From NCBI GenBank assembly GCA_001275005.1, contig JWZX01002696.1, positions 1-43,785 on the forward strand: a stretch of DNA of 43,785 nucleotides, in the 5' to 3' direction. Numbering within the stretch: position 1 is the first letter of the stretch; every line of letters begins with the position of its first letter. The notes below the pieces were generated by a model. It was given only the letters and a program-made list of their open reading frames with translations, did no database searches and was not told the origin of the DNA. This stretch comes from Chrysochromulina tobinii (taxonomy: Eukaryota). The translations under genes and the position numbers were made by a program. Shown in pieces: positions 39,342 through 43,785 of this stretch.

Positions 39342-40959
39342 ATGCATGCTGGCGTCCCCGACGGCAACGAGAACATTCGCGTGCACGTGCGCGTGCGCCC
39401 GCTGAACGAGCAGGAGCTCGCCCGCGGCGACCAGAGCTGCCTCCATATCGCAGGGGATGCACGCACCGTCCACTTCGTCGGCCAGCGCGACGAGGTGCGC
39501 TCGCTCACCTTCGATTCGGTGATAGGCGGCTCATCGCAGCCGCAGGTCTTCGAGACGACGGACGCGGCCCAACTGCTGCAAGATGCGCTGGAGGGCTATT
39601 CTGTCACTATATTCGCGTACGGGCAGACGGGCAGCGGAAAGACGTACACCATGACCGGACCCGACTCGCTCGCCCTCTCGGTTGACGAGCGACCGCCGCT
39701 GCCGACGGACGAGAGCCCGCTGGGCCTGATCCCGCGAGGAGTGGGCGCGCTCTTCGATCTGATCGCGCAGGAGGAGGCGTCGGGGCGGCTCACGGGCGGC
39801 TGCTCGGTGCGCGCTTCGTACCTAGAGCTGTACAACGAGTCGCTCAATGACCTGCTCAACCCAGAGTCGACAAACCTGCAGCTGCGCAGCCACGTGAAGA
39901 CGGGAGCGTTCGTCGAGAACCTGCTGCAGGTGGAGTGCGAGTCCGTGGCCGACGCGATGATGGTCTTCGCCGAGGGCACGCGCAATCGCAAGGTCGGCTC
40001 GCATGCACTCAACAAGGACTCGTCGCGCTCCCACAGCCTCATGACGCTGCACTTGACGCGGCGGGACGCACCGCACCAAGGCGGCCGTGTGTGCTTCGTG
40101 GACCTGGCGGGCTCCGAGCGGCTGCTCGAGTCACACTCCAAGGGCGAGGCCGCCAAGGAGACGGGCCACATAAACAAATCGCTCTTTGCACTCGGAAACG
40201 TCATCTCCGCGCTGGCCGACAGCCGCAAGCGCGGCGGCCACATACCCTACAGGGACTCGAAGTTGACACGGCTGCTGCAGGACTCGCTCGGCGGCGACGG
40301 GCGCACGCTCATGCTTGCGTGCTGCTCGCCCTCTTCACACCATCGAGAGGAGACGATCAACACGCTCGCCTTCGCCTCTCGCGCCAAGAACATCCAAAAC
40401 CGGCCGGTGGTTGCCATGGGCGACGCCGGGGGCGCCGGCGGCGGCGCGGCGCTGCTGCAGCAGATGCACCACACGATCCGAGCGCTCCAGGAGGAGAATG
40501 CGTTACTCCGGCAGCGGCTCGTCGCCACACCGGCCGCGCCCCTCGCGTCCGCCGATGTCGGCGGCCCGACAGCCCGGGGCTCCTTGCGCGCCAGACTTGA
40601 GGAGGATGAGGACGAGGGCACCGTCGGGGCGTGCCTGCCCGCAAGCATCTCGACGGTGGCGGGAGCAGGCGCCGTCGCGGCACGGCACATGGCACCTGCG
40701 GCCGCGCCCACGATCGACGGTCGCCCCAGGGCTGGGCTTGCGGCACTCCGCGCTGCCGAGGGTGGCGCGATGGCGGCTGAGCCGGCGCCGGCGTCGGCCG
40801 ACGCCCGGGTGGTCGCGGCGCTCAAGCAGGAGGTGGCGCAGCTCCGCACCACCAATGAGCTGCTTCGACGGCTCACACGAGCAGGTCGTGCGCGAGAACC
40901 AGCAGCTGCAGGCGAAGCTCGAGCGGCTCGAGCACATATTCGAGAGCGATGAGCGGTAG
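39342..40959 (+). CDS. Kinesin motor protein (KIF12/kinesin-16-like); +1 frameshift at about 40870-40872 in the C-terminal coiled coil
   Basis: IRVHVRVRP; FAYGQTGSGKT; YLELYNE; NKDSSRSH; VDLAGSE; HIPYRDSKLTRLLQDSLGG; the coiled coil continues as SHEQVVRENQQLQAKLERLEHIF in the +1 frame. Confidence 0.9.
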
Positions 40960-41059
40960 AGGCGCGCGCGGGCGTGCATCCTGTCTTGGATTAGTGAGTC
41001 ATTAGGCTTTAAGACGTCTTTGTACAACACACGACAGTCTCTCTGAGCCGAGGGTGTGC

Positions 41060-41428
41060 TCAAAACCATCGGTGCTTCCAATACGTGCGGCAGTCCTCAC
41101 GGCCGCACACGCGGTGGGGCACGCGCATCCGCTCGCACACTGGGCACATGGAGACGTGAGGTTGCAGTTGGGGGCCGAACATGCGCTGCTGACCCGCTTG
41201 CCGCACGCGCTTCCTCGTGTACGAAACGCGCTTCTTTGGCACCGCCATGAGCAGGATGCCGTCAAACCAGTCGAGGAGCGTCTGAGGAGCCATGGAGCGC
41301 AGCGGCGTTGGTGACGCGGTGACGTACTCGATGCACAGCGGCGGCGCCGCGCGCGGCATAAGCAGCCGTGAGAGCACGGCGCCCGGCGCAAGGCTCGCGG
41401 CCAGACGAGAAAACTTTGCCCACGGCAT
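41060..41428 (-). CDS. MRPL32: Mitochondrial ribosomal protein bL32m
   Basis: Presequence followed by ILLMAVPKKRVSYTRKRVR and zinc-binding CPVC..PHRVC..C. Confidence 0.88.
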   Translation of the reverse strand: MPWAKFSRLAASLAPGAVLSRLLMPRAAPPLCIEYVTASPTPLRSMAPQTLLDWFDGILLMAVPKKRVSYTRKRVRQAGQQRMFGPQLQPHVSMCPVCERMRVPHRVCGREDCRTYWKHRWF

Positions 41429-41582
41429 CGTGGTTGAGAACTCGGTCCTTTGAAAGCCATTGACGAAGTTTGACTCCCCGATGTTTGGGCCTCACGGGAA
41501 GGACGACTTTGAAAACGCCCCCGCGCGTGGGCGATTTCGCAAAGTTTCGTCTTTCAATGCTGCCCTCTCGCTTTCTTGACGC

Positions 41583-43017
41583 ATGGAGCACCTCTCACAC
41601 GACCTCTTGACAGTCATCCTGGAGCCACTCGAGCTAGCTTGCCATTCGCTGGCGGCTGTCTGCCGTGCATGGCACGGGGCAATCTCGCCGTTGATGTGTA
41701 AGCTCAACGTCCTCGCACTGTCCGGAGGAAACATGAGTGGTCAGCTTGGCACGAGCTGGACATAGCCTCCGGAGCCTCCGGAGACTCGTGACGCCCAACA
41801 AGTTGCAGGTGACATCATTTGCGTGCGGCCACTACGCGACATATATCGTCACTTCCGACGGATCAATTTTTAGCTTCGGCCGGAACGAGTTCGGGCAGCT
41901 CGGCATCGGCTCAGAGGACCTTCGTCGCGCGACTCCAACGCGGATCACAGCGGTCGGCACACGCGTCAAAATGATCGCTGGAGGTCAGGACCACACCTGT
42001 TTTCTCACTGTTGATGGCCGTGTCTATTCCTGTGGGAGCGATGAGCACCGGCAGCTGCCGCTGTCGCTGCCTCAGTCGGAATGGCTCAGGAGATCTGCAC
42101 GCCAAGCTCTATGCACGCCACAGCTCAGTGAGTTTGCCTTCGAGGCTCCTGTAACGCAGATCGCCTGTGGCCAGCATCACACCGTGCTGCTGCTCGATAA
42201 TGGTGCGCTCCTGGCGTGCGGCGCCAATTTCGTGGGTCAGCTCGGAGTCGGGCATGACCACCTTGGGCATGAACACCTTGGGCATGAGAGCATGAACCCG
42301 AACTGGGAGAGCAGCCTCGTGCCAATGGCGCGGCCGCTGCAGGCAGAAGGAGCTGATGGTGCTTGTGAGGAAGGCCGGGCCAGTGCAGGTGGCCCGGTGC
42401 GCTTTGTGAGCATCGCGTGTGGAAAGGCCTCCACCTTCGCGCTCACACGAGAGGGCGCATTATTCGCGTGCGGCTGGAATAACTTTGGACAACTTGGCTT
42501 GGGTTATACAAGTTCAGGCGTCATGTCCCTGGAGCGCGTGCCGGTGCCCAACGACGAGGCCATCACGCACGTGTCGAGTGGAGCTGTGCACACGTGTGTT
42601 GTGACGTCGAGCGGCCGCCTGCTTGGTTGCGGCTTCAATGGCCACGGCCAGCTGGCTGATCTGCCAAAGAAGCCAAACCCGTCGACGTCGCTGGTGCTTC
42701 TACACATGCCATCCGCTACGCACATGCCATCCGTCACGTGCCAGCCGGCACTAGTGCGCTCCGTCACGTGCGGCTACGAGCACACGTGTGTCCTCCGATT
42801 GGATGGATCCCTGTGGACGTGCGGGCGCAACAAGAATGGCACGTGCGCGCTGGGATCGTCAGAGCTGCGTGTGCCGGAGTTCCACCAAGTGCACGCGCCA
42901 GCTGGCCGTTCATGCCGCGCCGTGTTCTGCGAGGTGAGCTGTGGAAAGGGCGGATCGGGTGGCCACACAGCAGTGCTGTATCGCGTCACGCCAGAATCTC
43001 CAGCGTTCAGCCAGTGA
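41583..43017 (+). CDS. F-box-like + RCC1-repeat protein; +1 frameshift at about 41748-41762
   Basis: F-box-like LSHDLLTVILEPL..LAAVCRAW; RCC1 repeats GGNMSGQL, FGRNEFGQLG, IAGGQDHT, IACGQHHT, GANFVGQLG, GWNNFGQLG, CGYEHT. Confidence 0.82.
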
Positions 43018-43143
43018 TTGACGAAATGTGAAGATTGATCTTCAACGCAACTTTGCGTTTAATGGTGGCTTTCGATAGTGCTACTACGCTCTCTCGACAC
43101 AGCCTCGGCCCTCGCACAATCCAACGTACCGCTTCACGATTAC

Positions 43144-43194
43144 GTTATATGTGAACAGCCGTTATATGTGTACAGCCGTTATATGTGTACAGCC
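43144..43194 (+). repeat. 17-bp tandem repeat GTTATATGTG(A/T)ACAGCC x3, followed by a degenerate fourth copy
   Basis: Units at 43144, 43161 and 43178. Confidence 0.9.
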
Positions 43195-43785
43195 GACTGG
43201 GTGTGACAGCCGCCCATGGTGTACCGAGCAGCCCGTAGCTACCAGGGTAGCTACCACGAACCACCCATGGAGCCACCGTTGAGAATTGTTTCGTTTCGTT
43301 TCAGTTTCGTATCCGACCCAGCCTTGACGACCACGCCACCGAAGGGCGATCGGTCACCAATACATATGCCGTACCGGACCACATCCGCATTACCGCACGC
43401 GTCCCGTTCGGCCCCCGTCCCGCAACACAGAACACTCAGGTAAATCTGAGCGAGAGCGGAGGTCCGGGGGCACAGACCGCGCCGGGCGGCCCGCGGGTAC
43501 CCTCGTAGCTCGGAGCGTCCCTCGACCTATCGCATGGGCCATGGCTTACACGCACACACGTCTCCATCCGATCCGACGCTCTCGTCGGTGTCGGTATTGA
43601 GAGACACATCACACCTACATCACACCGCATGAGCTAGGTGTTCTCGAGTCATTGATAGCTGAGCGGCACTGCCGATACATGCCGTGCCGCTGCCAGCGCA
43701 CTTTGCATCAGTTTGCACCCATTTCGTCAAGTTTTAGGTAGCCTCGTGGGCCACAGAGGGCGCCGGAAAGGGGAGGGGGGAGGGG

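Noticed and set aside
39076..39405. Possible sixth +1 frameshift extending the NEK tail (TTTGAAAAAGGG)
   Set aside because: The +1 frame reads plausibly for a short stretch but has no conserved motif to anchor it and would overrun the kinesin start; not supportable without reads or orthologues
36879..40959. NEK-kinesin fusion gene
   Set aside because: An in-frame TGA at 39336-39338 lies just upstream of the kinesin ATG, and I saw no suitable splice acceptor
43144..43194. Possible CRISPR array
   Set aside because: The 17-bp units are contiguous with no spacers, there are no cas genes and the context is eukaryotic; it is a minisatellite

Overview
A GC-rich, gene-dense eukaryotic nuclear segment with almost no introns: about 22 protein-coding genes in 43.8 kb and only one clear spliceosomal intron. 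Several proteins have a signal peptide followed by a transit-like leader (RNase II, DUF1997, ankyrin-2OG oxygenase), which points to an alga with a secondary plastid. A haptophyte-like host is my inference, not something I can prove. Recognisable genes, in order: ankyrin protein, sulfotransferase, DUF1445/D-glutamate cyclase-like protein, EGF-GT47 exostosin, degenerate cupredoxin, CstF-50, DYRKP kinase, RNase II, DUF1997, tail-anchored heme oxygenase, PIP5K-PH, a coiled-coil orphan, FN3/EF-hand protein, a BMT5(DUF2431)-RluA pseudouridine synthase fusion, MFS transporter, anoctamin, ankyrin-OGFOD3-like oxygenase, PAN/proline-rich membrane protein, aldo-keto reductase, NEK kinase, kinesin, mitochondrial L32 and an F-box-like/RCC1 protein. 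Most notable points: (1) an m3U-methyltransferase-like domain fused to an S4-RluA pseudouridine synthase whose catalytic Asp is replaced by Glu; (2) four clear and one probable gene broken by a +1 frameshift, each repairable by deleting one G from a + strand G-run (most likely an assembly artefact, but testable as recoding); (3) an intron bracketed by a 7-nt direct repeat; (4) an anoctamin with a remodelled Ca2+ site and a heme oxygenase resembling the insect type; (5) recurrent intergenic motifs. I saw no rRNA, tRNA, CRISPR array or autonomous mobile element. All family calls come from motif recognition by eye, with no database searches.
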